Shown here: in pieces, positions 37,774 through 45,882 of the stretch
Layout: each line of letters starts with the position of its first letter
How positions within the stretch are numbered: position 1 is the stretch's first letter
Origin: an uncultured Myxococcales bacterium
GTDB lineage: Bacteria > Myxococcota_A > UBA9042 > CAIXZC01
Direction: 5' to 3'
Length of the DNA: 64,000 nt
Assembly (NCBI GenBank): GCA_903895725.1
Contig: CAITUV010000019.1
Span: 36,368 to 100,367 of the forward strand
The notes under the pieces: generated by a model
Databases searched by the model: none
Told to the model about the DNA's origin: nothing
What the model saw: the letters and a program-made list of their open reading frames with translations, nothing else
Made by a program: the position numbers and the translations under genes

Positions 37774-39149
37774 CAGTTCCCTCCACTGGCAAACAGGTCC
37801 AGAACCCGCTCCACCCTGGAGCCTCGGGAGCCCTTGAGCAGCACGATGTCACCAGGCCGGCAGCGTTCCTGAAGCACCCGAGCGGCCTCGGCCTGGTCCG
37901 CCACGTGGACCGCTTCGCACCCGTCGCCGGCGCCCCGGACGTAGCAGCGTCCGCCAGCGCCCATCCCCACCAGCAGCGTCAGCCCGCCCAGTGCCGCGGC
38001 GGCGCCCACTTCCTCGTGCAGCACTTCCCAGCGGGGACCAAGCTCCAGCATCGTCCCCAGCACGGCAAAGCGCCTTCCTCCGCTCTGCCCTGCCAGCGCC
38101 TCGAGCGCTGCCTTCATGGCGCTCGGGTTCGCATTGTAGGCATCGACCAGGAAGCGGACTCCGGCGATCTCACGCCACTCCATCCTCATCCCCTCGGCCT
38201 TGACCTGGGCAACCGCCTCACAGGCCGCCTCGAACTCGACCCCGAGCAGCCGGGCCACGGCAATCGCGGCTGCAGCGTTCCAGAGGTTGAACGCACCGCT
38301 CATCCCCAGCCGGACCCTCCGGATCTTCCCTTCGCACTCGAGCGTTCCCTCCGCGCAGATCCCCTCCTGCGAGCTGGCCACCCTCACCAGGTCGCTCCGC
38401 AGGTTGCCGAAGGTGACGCTGCGGACCGGCCAGTTCGGCGCATCGCCCGACAGCAGGGGGTCGAACGAGGGGTAGACCGCGGTTCCGCCCGCTTCCAGGT
38501 TGCGGGGCAGTGAAGATTTCTCCCTCAGCACGCCGTTCAGGTCCCGGAACCCTTCCAGGTGAGCCGCTCCTACGCATGTCACCACGCCCACCTGAGGACG
38601 CACCAGCCGGGTCAGCGCCTCGATCTCGCCCAACGCGTTGCTGCCCAGCTCCGCCAGCAGGTAGCGGTGCTCCGGGTTGAACGAGATCACCGTCAGAGGC
38701 ACGCCGAGCAGATTGTTCTTGTTGCCCGTGGTCGCACATCCCTTGCCCAGGGTGCGGTCCAGGATCCCGGCCAACATGTTCTTCGTGGTGGTCTTACCCA
38801 TGGACCCGGTCACGGCAAGCACGGGTACGGTCACCTCACTGCGCATCGCCTGGGCCAGCACCCACAGGGCCTTCTCCACCTCGTCCACGACGATGAGGTC
38901 CAGGCCCGCGGGCGGATTGCCGAGCTCCTGCTGCCGATCCCTGCGGACGAATGCCGCAACGGCGCCTTTGCTCGAAGCGGCCGACACGAACGCGTGACCG
39001 TCCGCCTTCTCTCCCTTGATCGCGGCGAACACACCCCCACTCGCTGCGAGCTGGCGGTGGTCCGTGACCGCGTACGTCGCAACGCCGCTGCCGGTGCCGA
39101 CGAGCTGGCCGCCGACCATGGCGGCGATCTGGGCCGTCGTCTTTCTCAA
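37773..39149 (-). CDS. murF: MurF ligase
   Basis: VTGSMGKTTTK, NN..GVPLT, DAYNANP, LGTMLELG, LLKGSRG. Confidence 0.96.
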   Translation of the reverse strand: MRKTTAQIAAMVGGQLVGTGSGVATYAVTDHRQLAASGGVFAAIKGEKADGHAFVSAASSKGAVAAFVRRDRQQELGNPPAGLDLIVVDEVEKALWVLAQAMRSEVTVPVLAVTGSMGKTTTKNMLAGILDRTLGKGCATTGNKNNLLGVPLTVISFNPEHRYLLAELGSNALGEIEALTRLVRPQVGVVTCVGAAHLEGFRDLNGVLREKSSLPRNLEAGGTAVYPSFDPLLSGDAPNWPVRSVTFGNLRSDLVRVASSQEGICAEGTLECEGKIRRVRLGMSGAFNLWNAAAAIAVARLLGVEFEAACEAVAQVKAEGMRMEWREIAGVRFLVDAYNANPSAMKAALEALAGQSGGRRFAVLGTMLELGPRWEVLHEEVGAAAALGGLTLLVGMGAGGRCYVRGAGDGCEAVHVADQAEAARVLQERCRPGDIVLLKGSRGSRVERVLDLFASGGN

Positions 39150-40645
39150 CGCCCTCCCTCCATCCGCCGCGCCAGGACTTCCCGAGCCACTTCCCGATCA
39201 TCGAAGTGGTGCACTTCGGTCCCCACGATCTGGTACGTCTCCGCTCCCTTTCCGCCGATGAGGATGCCGTCGCCGGGCCGGGCCACTCCGATGGCCGCCT
39301 CGATGGCCAGCCGCCGATCCGCAATGGCGGCCACGGACGTGAACCGATATTGGGCGCTCATCCCCGACAGCACCTCATCCAGGATGGACAGGGGCTGCTC
39401 CGTCCTGGGGTTGTCGCTGGTGCAGAACGACAGCTGGCAGAAACGCTCTGCCATCCCCCCCATAAGCGGCCGCTTCTTGCGGTCTCGATCCCCGCCCGCT
39501 CCGAACACCATGATCAGCCGCCCCGGCACCGACTCCCGCAACGCGACGAGGACCTTCTCCATGGAGTCGGGCGTGTGGCAGTAGTCCACCCACACCCCGA
39601 TCCCGAGACCGTTCTCCACCCGCTCCAACCGCCCTGCGATTCCCTGGACCGCCGCAATGCCCGCAGCGGCCTTCTCCACGCTGCAGCCGAGCAGCCATGC
39701 GGCCGCCAGCACCGACAGGATGTTGGACACGTTGTGCCGACCGATGAGCCGCGTCGTGACCTCGATACGTCCCCACGGCCCGACCGCGGCAAACCGGCTC
39801 CCTTCGATGCCGGTCTTCAAACCGTCTGCGACAACCTCGGCCTCCACGCCCGGGTTCACCGAGTAACGCAGGCACGGGTAGGTTACCTGGCCCGCAATCC
39901 GCCGTCCCCACTCGTCGTCCGCATTCACGACCGCGCCGGCCAACCCCTGGCTTTCGGGCAGCATCTTCGTGAACAGCAGCGACTTGGCCTGCCCGTACTC
40001 CTCCATCGTCCGGTGGAAGTCCAGGTGCTCGGGGCTCAGGTTGGTGAAGATCCCCACCGCCAGGTCGAGCCCCTCGGCCCGGCGCATGGCGATGCCGTGG
40101 CTCGACACCTCGATGGCTGCGGCCTGCATTCCCGCATCGGCCATTTCGCCCAGCCAGCCGAACAGGTCCGGCGCTTCCGGAGTGGTGTGCTTCATCACGA
40201 TCCGGCGGGTGCCGAAGCTGGCCTCCAGCGTCCCCAGGAGCCCCGTCGGAACCCCGCATGCCTGAAGCGCTGCCTGCACCAGATAGGTAATCGAGGTCTT
40301 TCCGTTGGTACCGGTCACGCCGATGATCCGCATCCGCTGCCCGGGCCTGCCATGGAACCGATACGCCAGCCGAGCCAACGCCGCCCGGCCGTCGGCCACC
40401 CGCACCGCAGCGCTGCCGGACACGGAGGCCAACGCCGCTTCGTCCGTCCCCACCACCGCTGCGGCCCCCGCCTGGACGGCAGCGGACAGGAAGCGGTGCC
40501 CATCGATCTTCTCCCCGGACAGGGCCACGAATACCGCCCCCGGAGCCACCTTGCGGCTGTCACAGACCACGGACGTCACCTCGACGTCCAGGTCCCCCTG
40601 AACGCCCAGCCGCTCCATCCCGTCCATGAGCTCCCGCAGCCGCAT
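39146..40645 (-). CDS. murE: MurE ligase (meso-DAP type)
   Basis: GVTGTNGKTS, TTPE, EVSSHG, DYCHTPD, DNPR (DAP motif). Confidence 0.97.
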   Translation of the reverse strand: MRLRELMDGMERLGVQGDLDVEVTSVVCDSRKVAPGAVFVALSGEKIDGHRFLSAAVQAGAAAVVGTDEAALASVSGSAAVRVADGRAALARLAYRFHGRPGQRMRIIGVTGTNGKTSITYLVQAALQACGVPTGLLGTLEASFGTRRIVMKHTTPEAPDLFGWLGEMADAGMQAAAIEVSSHGIAMRRAEGLDLAVGIFTNLSPEHLDFHRTMEEYGQAKSLLFTKMLPESQGLAGAVVNADDEWGRRIAGQVTYPCLRYSVNPGVEAEVVADGLKTGIEGSRFAAVGPWGRIEVTTRLIGRHNVSNILSVLAAAWLLGCSVEKAAAGIAAVQGIAGRLERVENGLGIGVWVDYCHTPDSMEKVLVALRESVPGRLIMVFGAGGDRDRKKRPLMGGMAERFCQLSFCTSDNPRTEQPLSILDEVLSGMSAQYRFTSVAAIADRRLAIEAAIGVARPGDGILIGGKGAETYQIVGTEVHHFDDREVAREVLARRMEGGR

Positions 40646-40648
40646 CCC

Positions 40649-42853
40649 CTACCTCCCCGACCGGCTTGCTGCCGGCGAGAACTGAACCTTCACTTCCTGC
40701 CATGGGGCCACGGCCGACTTCCCCACGGGAGTCTGCCCGACCGCCACGCCCGACCCTTCCGCCACCAACTCCACCCGGGCGGCCATCGCGACCCGAAGCG
40801 CCTCACCCGGCGTCATGCCCGCAAAGTCCGGGACCACAGCGGCCCCCACCGACGTCGGTGCCGCTGCCATCTCCTGCACCGGCCCTTCCGCAGGCACCTC
40901 AGCCGCAGGCTTTGCACCGGCCGGGACCGATGCGATCCGATGCGTCTGCTCCACCGTCGGAACCACGTTCAGGTAAGCCAGCGAGCGCTCTGCAATCCTC
41001 GAGAATGCCGGAGCCGCCACCACGCCGCCGTAGTGGTTCGAGTACGGCTCGTCCACCACCACCAGGATCGCCAACTTCGGCTTGTCCGACGGCACCAGGC
41101 CGACGAACGAAGCAATCCACTTGTCCACATATCGGCTGGCCCGCGCCGGGCGAGGCTTCTCCGCACTCTTGACCCAATACGGATCTTCCAGCGTCATGAC
41201 CTTCTGCGCGGTGCCGGTCTTGCCCGCGGCGTCGTAGCCGTACACGACCGCCTTCTCCCCGGTTCCGCCCGGCTCCAGGACCCGCCGCATCGCCTCGATG
41301 ACCTGGGCGGCCACCGACTCGCTCACGACCCGGCGGACCACCTCCGGCTCGTACCGCACCAGCGGATTCCCATTGGCATCCCGGATCTCCTTGACCAGAA
41401 GCGGCTTCATGAGCACGCCGCCGTTCCCGAGCGCAGCGGTGGCCGCAAGGAGCTGCACGGCGGTGACCGCGAGGCCCTGGCCGAAGCTCACGTTGGCGGT
41501 CTGCATGTCGGACCAGCCCCGCTTCCCCTTCGACAGCATCCCCTTGGCCTCGCGTCCCGACGTCTTGACTCCGGTCTTTTGCCCGAACCCGAACCGGGCC
41601 ATGTACTCGTACAGCTTGTCGTCCCCGAGCTCGAGCCCCAGCTTGCCCAGGCAGATGTTCGATGAGACCTTGATGCAGTCCCACAGCGTGAGCCAGCCAT
41701 AGGCCCCGTGGTCCTTGATCGGCTTGTGGCGGGCATCGACCTTCCACGACCCGTTCTCGCAGAACTCGCTATCGTCCAGGGAGCGCAGCCCCTCTTCCAG
41801 AAGGGCAGCGATCACGAGCGGCTTTATCGTGCTGCCCGGCTCGAACACTTCGATGAACGCCGAGTCGTTCCACTTCCAGATTTCGTTGCCCGAGTATTCC
41901 TCGGTCCCGTTGGGGTTGAACGGCGGATAGTGCGCCACGGCAAGCAGCTCGCCAGTGCTCACGTCCATGACCAGCGCAAGTCCCCTCTTGGCAAAGGAGC
42001 CGATGACCATCCGGGCAAGCTCCTCCTCCGCAATGGCCTGAAGCGGCAGGAGGATGCTGAGCTGCACCGTGCTGCCGGCCAGCTCCAGCTCGGGATTGTC
42101 GGCGGAAAGCGACACGCCCGCCTGGTTCTGCTTCCAGCCCCGCTGCACGATCTGCCGGCCAGCGAGCACGTCGTTGCAGTCCGCTTCCACTCCGTACTGT
42201 CCTTCGAGCTCCATCGGGTTGGGGGCCTTGCACTCCCCCCGCTCCTTCTTCTCCACCGTGCACTGGGGAACCCGGGCCACTCCCACAAGCTGCCCCGCGC
42301 GCTCGCCGGCCGGGTACACGCGGGCAGCCGCCGGAATCAGCCGCACTCCCTGGAGCTGCGACCGCAACCAGCGCGCCCGGGCATCCTTGTTCGACGGGTC
42401 CATGACGGCCGACAGCGCTGCAACCACCTTCGGATCCAGCACGCGGTGCACGTAGCAGGCCACCTTCGGCTTGCTCGTGCAGAACGCCGCCTTCTCGACA
42501 CGCTCCAGGCTCCACCCCAGCACGCCGGACAGGTACTCCACCACGAAACCGCGATCCTGGACCTGACTCGGGACCACCTCGATCTGCCGAGTCTCGAGAG
42601 TCAGGGCCAGCGGCGTCCCCTCGGCATCCACTACCTTGCCCCGCTTGGCATAGAAGCTGAGGCTGTCCTTCTGCTGACTGATCCCTCTCTCGGACAGCTC
42701 GCTGCCCTGCACGAACTGCAGGTAACCGACCCGCGTCAGGCACGCCAGCAGAAAGACGAACAGCAGGATTCCCACGAGCGTCATGCGCCCGCCGTATCCC
42801 TGGATCACCCGGACTGCAGCGACCTTGCTCTCCTGCCGGCTCCGTGCTCTCAT
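40649..42853 (-). CDS. ftsI: Class B PBP FtsI with C-terminal PASTA domain
   Basis: EPGSTIK, SSN, KTGTAQK; VPDFAGM PASTA. Confidence 0.95.
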   Translation of the reverse strand: MRARSRQESKVAAVRVIQGYGGRMTLVGILLFVFLLACLTRVGYLQFVQGSELSERGISQQKDSLSFYAKRGKVVDAEGTPLALTLETRQIEVVPSQVQDRGFVVEYLSGVLGWSLERVEKAAFCTSKPKVACYVHRVLDPKVVAALSAVMDPSNKDARARWLRSQLQGVRLIPAAARVYPAGERAGQLVGVARVPQCTVEKKERGECKAPNPMELEGQYGVEADCNDVLAGRQIVQRGWKQNQAGVSLSADNPELELAGSTVQLSILLPLQAIAEEELARMVIGSFAKRGLALVMDVSTGELLAVAHYPPFNPNGTEEYSGNEIWKWNDSAFIEVFEPGSTIKPLVIAALLEEGLRSLDDSEFCENGSWKVDARHKPIKDHGAYGWLTLWDCIKVSSNICLGKLGLELGDDKLYEYMARFGFGQKTGVKTSGREAKGMLSKGKRGWSDMQTANVSFGQGLAVTAVQLLAATAALGNGGVLMKPLLVKEIRDANGNPLVRYEPEVVRRVVSESVAAQVIEAMRRVLEPGGTGEKAVVYGYDAAGKTGTAQKVMTLEDPYWVKSAEKPRPARASRYVDKWIASFVGLVPSDKPKLAILVVVDEPYSNHYGGVVAAPAFSRIAERSLAYLNVVPTVEQTHRIASVPAGAKPAAEVPAEGPVQEMAAAPTSVGAAVVPDFAGMTPGEALRVAMAARVELVAEGSGVAVGQTPVGKSAVAPWQEVKVQFSPAASRSGR

Positions 42854-43620
42854 CGCATCACCTGCAGCTTGCGCTTGCACCGCCGCCCGTAGAACGAATC
42901 ACCGCCGATCTTCTGGCACCGGGTGAACTCCTGGCTCGCCCGGTCCAGACGCCCCAGCCGCTCCAGCGCTCCCCCGAGCCGGAAGTAAGCCTCCACGTAG
43001 TCCCCGCACCGCTTGATCGCCGCCTCGAAGTAGTCCAGCGCTTCCTCGTCCCTATCCTGGGCGGAAAGGACGATTCCCAGGTTGTTGTACGAGAGACACA
43101 TTTGGTCGTTAAGAAACAGAGCCCGCTTTAGGTGTCTTTCAGCTTCTACATATTTCTTGAGATTGAAATATGCCCAGCCAACGTTATTTTCTGCCAAATA
43201 TGGAGTTTCATACATCGGGTCCTTCAGGAGAGGGAGCAGCACGTCGAGCGCGCTCTGCCAGTTCTGCATCGCGATGTGCAGCGCTCCGAGGTTGGCTCGG
43301 GCGATGAGCAGCTTGGGCTCGAGCTCCACCGCCTTCTCCATGTGCAGCAGCGCATCGGGGTACTCCAGCCGCCCCATATAGATCAACCCGGCCAGGTGAT
43401 GCGCCTCGGCATGGTTCGGATTCGCGGCAAAGCACCCCTCCAGCTCCCGGAGTGCGGACTGGTAGTTCTTGTCCAGGTAGGAGTTGGCGGCCAGGCCATA
43501 GTAGTACTCCGCATCCTTGTCCGCCTTGGCCTGAGCGCCCCCCGTGCAGCCGGACATGGCCGTCACCAGACATGCCACCAGGAGGCCGAAGTGGGTCATC
43601 GTGTTGTTCGACCGGGTCAT
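42850..43620 (-). CDS. TPR lipoprotein, Tgl/PilF/PilW pilotin-like
   Basis: Lipobox MSGC; TPR repeats; DPMYETPYLAENNVGWAY as in PilF/Tgl; ATGA overlaps on both sides. Confidence 0.8.
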   Translation of the reverse strand: MTRSNNTMTHFGLLVACLVTAMSGCTGGAQAKADKDAEYYYGLAANSYLDKNYQSALRELEGCFAANPNHAEAHHLAGLIYMGRLEYPDALLHMEKAVELEPKLLIARANLGALHIAMQNWQSALDVLLPLLKDPMYETPYLAENNVGWAYFNLKKYVEAERHLKRALFLNDQMCLSYNNLGIVLSAQDRDEEALDYFEAAIKRCGDYVEAYFRLGGALERLGRLDRASQEFTRCQKIGGDSFYGRRCKRKLQVMR

Positions 43621-43919
43621 CGCCCTTCCTCCGAAAGCCCTGCCTTGACCACGAGCACCTCGTTGCTCGCAGGCTGCTTCATACCTGCATTCAGGAACAG
43701 CTCCGGCCGGAACCGGTCGCTCGAACGAAGGCTGAGGTACTCCGTCTTGAGGAGCTCGTTTTCCACCGTGAGGTTCTCCAGCTCCAGGCTGGCCTTGGCC
43801 AGATCGCCGCCGGTGACGACCAGCCGGAACTGCCGCCAGACGTGGTAGATTCCCAGCAGGGTGAGCAGGCAGACCACCAGCACTCCCAGCACGAACGTCT
43901 TGAGCACCTTGCCCGTCAT
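43617..43919 (-). CDS. ftsL: FtsL-like cell division protein
   Basis: 100 aa, single TM then leucine-zipper coiled coil; directly after rsmH. Confidence 0.72.
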   Translation of the reverse strand: MTGKVLKTFVLGVLVVCLLTLLGIYHVWRQFRLVVTGGDLAKASLELENLTVENELLKTEYLSLRSSDRFRPELFLNAGMKQPASNEVLVVKAGLSEEGR

Positions 43920-43956
43920 CGCCCCCTCCTGGCCTGCCGGCCTCGTCCTGAAAGGC

Positions 43957-44841
43957 TCATGCGGCCACCCGCTCGGCCCAGCGCATCTTGGCGCTGCGGG
44001 CCCTTCGGTTGACGGCCACCTCGGCCTCTTCGGGTCCCACCGGCTTCTTGGTCCCACGCCGATGCGTTCCCGCCTTCTCCCACTCGTGGAAGGACTGCTT
44101 CACGATCCGGTCCTCCAGCGAGTGGAAGGAGAGGATCGCGATCCGCCCGCCGACCGCCAGCCGCGCCCCGGCGTCGGCCAGGAAGCGCTCCAGGTTGGCA
44201 AGCTCGCAATTCACTGCAATCCGGATTGCCTGGAAGACCCTCGAGAGCTGCTTGGCCCCGGATGAGGGGAACACGTCCTGCACGACCCGCACCAGATCCG
44301 CAGTGCGCTCCATCCGCCCGGCCCGGCATTCGTCCTCAATGGCCCGGGCCAGCGGGTGGGCCCCCCTCACTTCGCCATAGTCGCCCAGGATCCGGGTCAG
44401 CTCTTTCGCCGTCGACCCGTTGAGCAGGTCGCGGGCCGTCACCGCCAGCGTGGCATCCATCCGCATGTCGAGCGCGGCATCCTGCCGGAAGCTGAACCCA
44501 CCCTCGCCGTCCAGCAGGGCGCTCGAAAGGCCGAGGTCCAGCACCGCACCCACGAGCCGCTCGATGCCCAGCTCGTCCAGGATCGAGGCCACCTGGGCAT
44601 AGCTCCGCAACAGCACCGTCGCCCGCCCGCCAAACCTCGCCAGCCGCTCCGTCGCCGCTGCGACCGCTGCAGGATCCACGTCCGTGGCCACCAGCCGCAC
44701 CTCCGGCCCGGTCCGCTCCAGGACCATCTCCGAGAAGCCCCCGCTTCCCACGGTCCCGTCGAACACCACACCCCGCTCCGGATTGCCGATGGCCTCCGCC
44801 ATCTGGGCCCCCATCACGGTCTTGTGGAAGTAGCCGGTCAC
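43957..44841 (-). CDS. rsmH: 16S rRNA m4C1402 methyltransferase
   Basis: DGTVGSGG, DLGLSS, LDMRMD, FQAIRIAVN.EL, SFHSLEDRIVK, RARSAKMR. Confidence 0.95.
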   Translation of the reverse strand: MTGYFHKTVMGAQMAEAIGNPERGVVFDGTVGSGGFSEMVLERTGPEVRLVATDVDPAAVAAATERLARFGGRATVLLRSYAQVASILDELGIERLVGAVLDLGLSSALLDGEGGFSFRQDAALDMRMDATLAVTARDLLNGSTAKELTRILGDYGEVRGAHPLARAIEDECRAGRMERTADLVRVVQDVFPSSGAKQLSRVFQAIRIAVNCELANLERFLADAGARLAVGGRIAILSFHSLEDRIVKQSFHEWEKAGTHRRGTKKPVGPEEAEVAVNRRARSAKMRWAERVAA

Positions 44842-45407
44842 TACCGTTCCTCCTCCTCGCCCGTAGCCGGTGCCGGAGCGGCCACGGCTCCCGCCGCCCC
44901 CCCCGCTGCCGGCCGGGCTGCCGCGTCCTGACGGGCACGAACCCGGGAAATCACCGCCCGGGCCGTGCCGAACAGCTCTTCCAGGTTGGTCTGGGCATTC
45001 TTCGGGTTCCACAGCTCGATGTAGTCCATGCAACCGACGAACATCACCTCGTCCGTCAGCTCGGCGAAGTCCCTCAGAAACTGCGGCAGTGCGATCCGCC
45101 CCTGCGGATCCAGCCGGCAGTCCTCTGCCAGCGAGGCGAGCCGGCGCAGCCGGGCCGCATCCTCGTCCAGGAAATCGAGCTGGTTGACCTTGGCCTGGTG
45201 CACGAACCAGGCACGCCGATCCACCAGCACCAGGCAGCGGTCAAACCCCATCACCGCCAGCATCAGGTCGGGCTTGGGTCCCCACAGGGAGTTGATGTAG
45301 GGCCGCATTGCGGCCGGCAGGAACGTCCGCCCCTTCTCGTCCACCTTGTTCACATACCGGCCGATGACCTTGCTTCCTGCTTCGTGCCCCGGGTGTCCCG
45401 TGCTCAT
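44841..45407 (-). CDS. mraZ: Division/cell-wall transcriptional regulator MraZ
   Basis: Two DxxGR motifs (VDEKGR, LDPQGRI), IELW; AAGGAG RBS. Confidence 0.93.
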   Translation of the reverse strand: MSTGHPGHEAGSKVIGRYVNKVDEKGRTFLPAAMRPYINSLWGPKPDLMLAVMGFDRCLVLVDRRAWFVHQAKVNQLDFLDEDAARLRRLASLAEDCRLDPQGRIALPQFLRDFAELTDEVMFVGCMDYIELWNPKNAQTNLEELFGTARAVISRVRARQDAAARPAAGGAAGAVAAPAPATGEEEER

Positions 45408-45425
45408 CGGGAGCTCCTTTGTGGT

Positions 45426-45552
45426 GATCCACCTGCGATCCGTTTTCGATCCACCGCCGATCCTCCGGTTCACCACTGGGAGTGTTATATTCCCCCACCG
45501 GCGATCCCGCAAGTCGGTATCGTACCGAAGAAGGTGGGGAATGGTGGGGGGC
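45426..45552 (-). promoter_or_regulatory. mraZ/dcw promoter with repeated boxes
   Basis: TTGCGG-N17-TATAAC (45512-45484); GGATC x4 at 11-bp period downstream; GTGGGG pair at 10-bp spacing on the opposite strand. Confidence 0.6.
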
Positions 45553-45882
45553 CGTTGCGCCCCCCTCCCCCATCTCGACCCGCAATAGGCACATCTTGTG
45601 GTTTCCAGGTTGCCAACCAACTACATCTTGATGCCGAACGTCTACACACCGCCGACCGAATGGTGGCCTTGCCCGCCTTCCATGCGGCCCCCAGCGATTT
45701 CGGAGCCGATTGCCCCCCGTCCCCCCCTCCCGGGGTCGCCCGGAAAGCGAAATCCGGCGATCGCAAGGTTCTCCCGAATCCCACGCGCCAGACGGGCATG
45801 TTCGCGCGGGGTAGGATCTAAAATTCTTTGATTCTAGTAAGTTGTAGGCGAACCCTTAAACCGCACCCTAGGAAAAGCCCGT

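Noticed and set aside
45815..45870. AT-rich patch as a dif site or origin
   Set aside because: No XerC/D consensus or DnaA boxes; at most an imperfect IHF-like site
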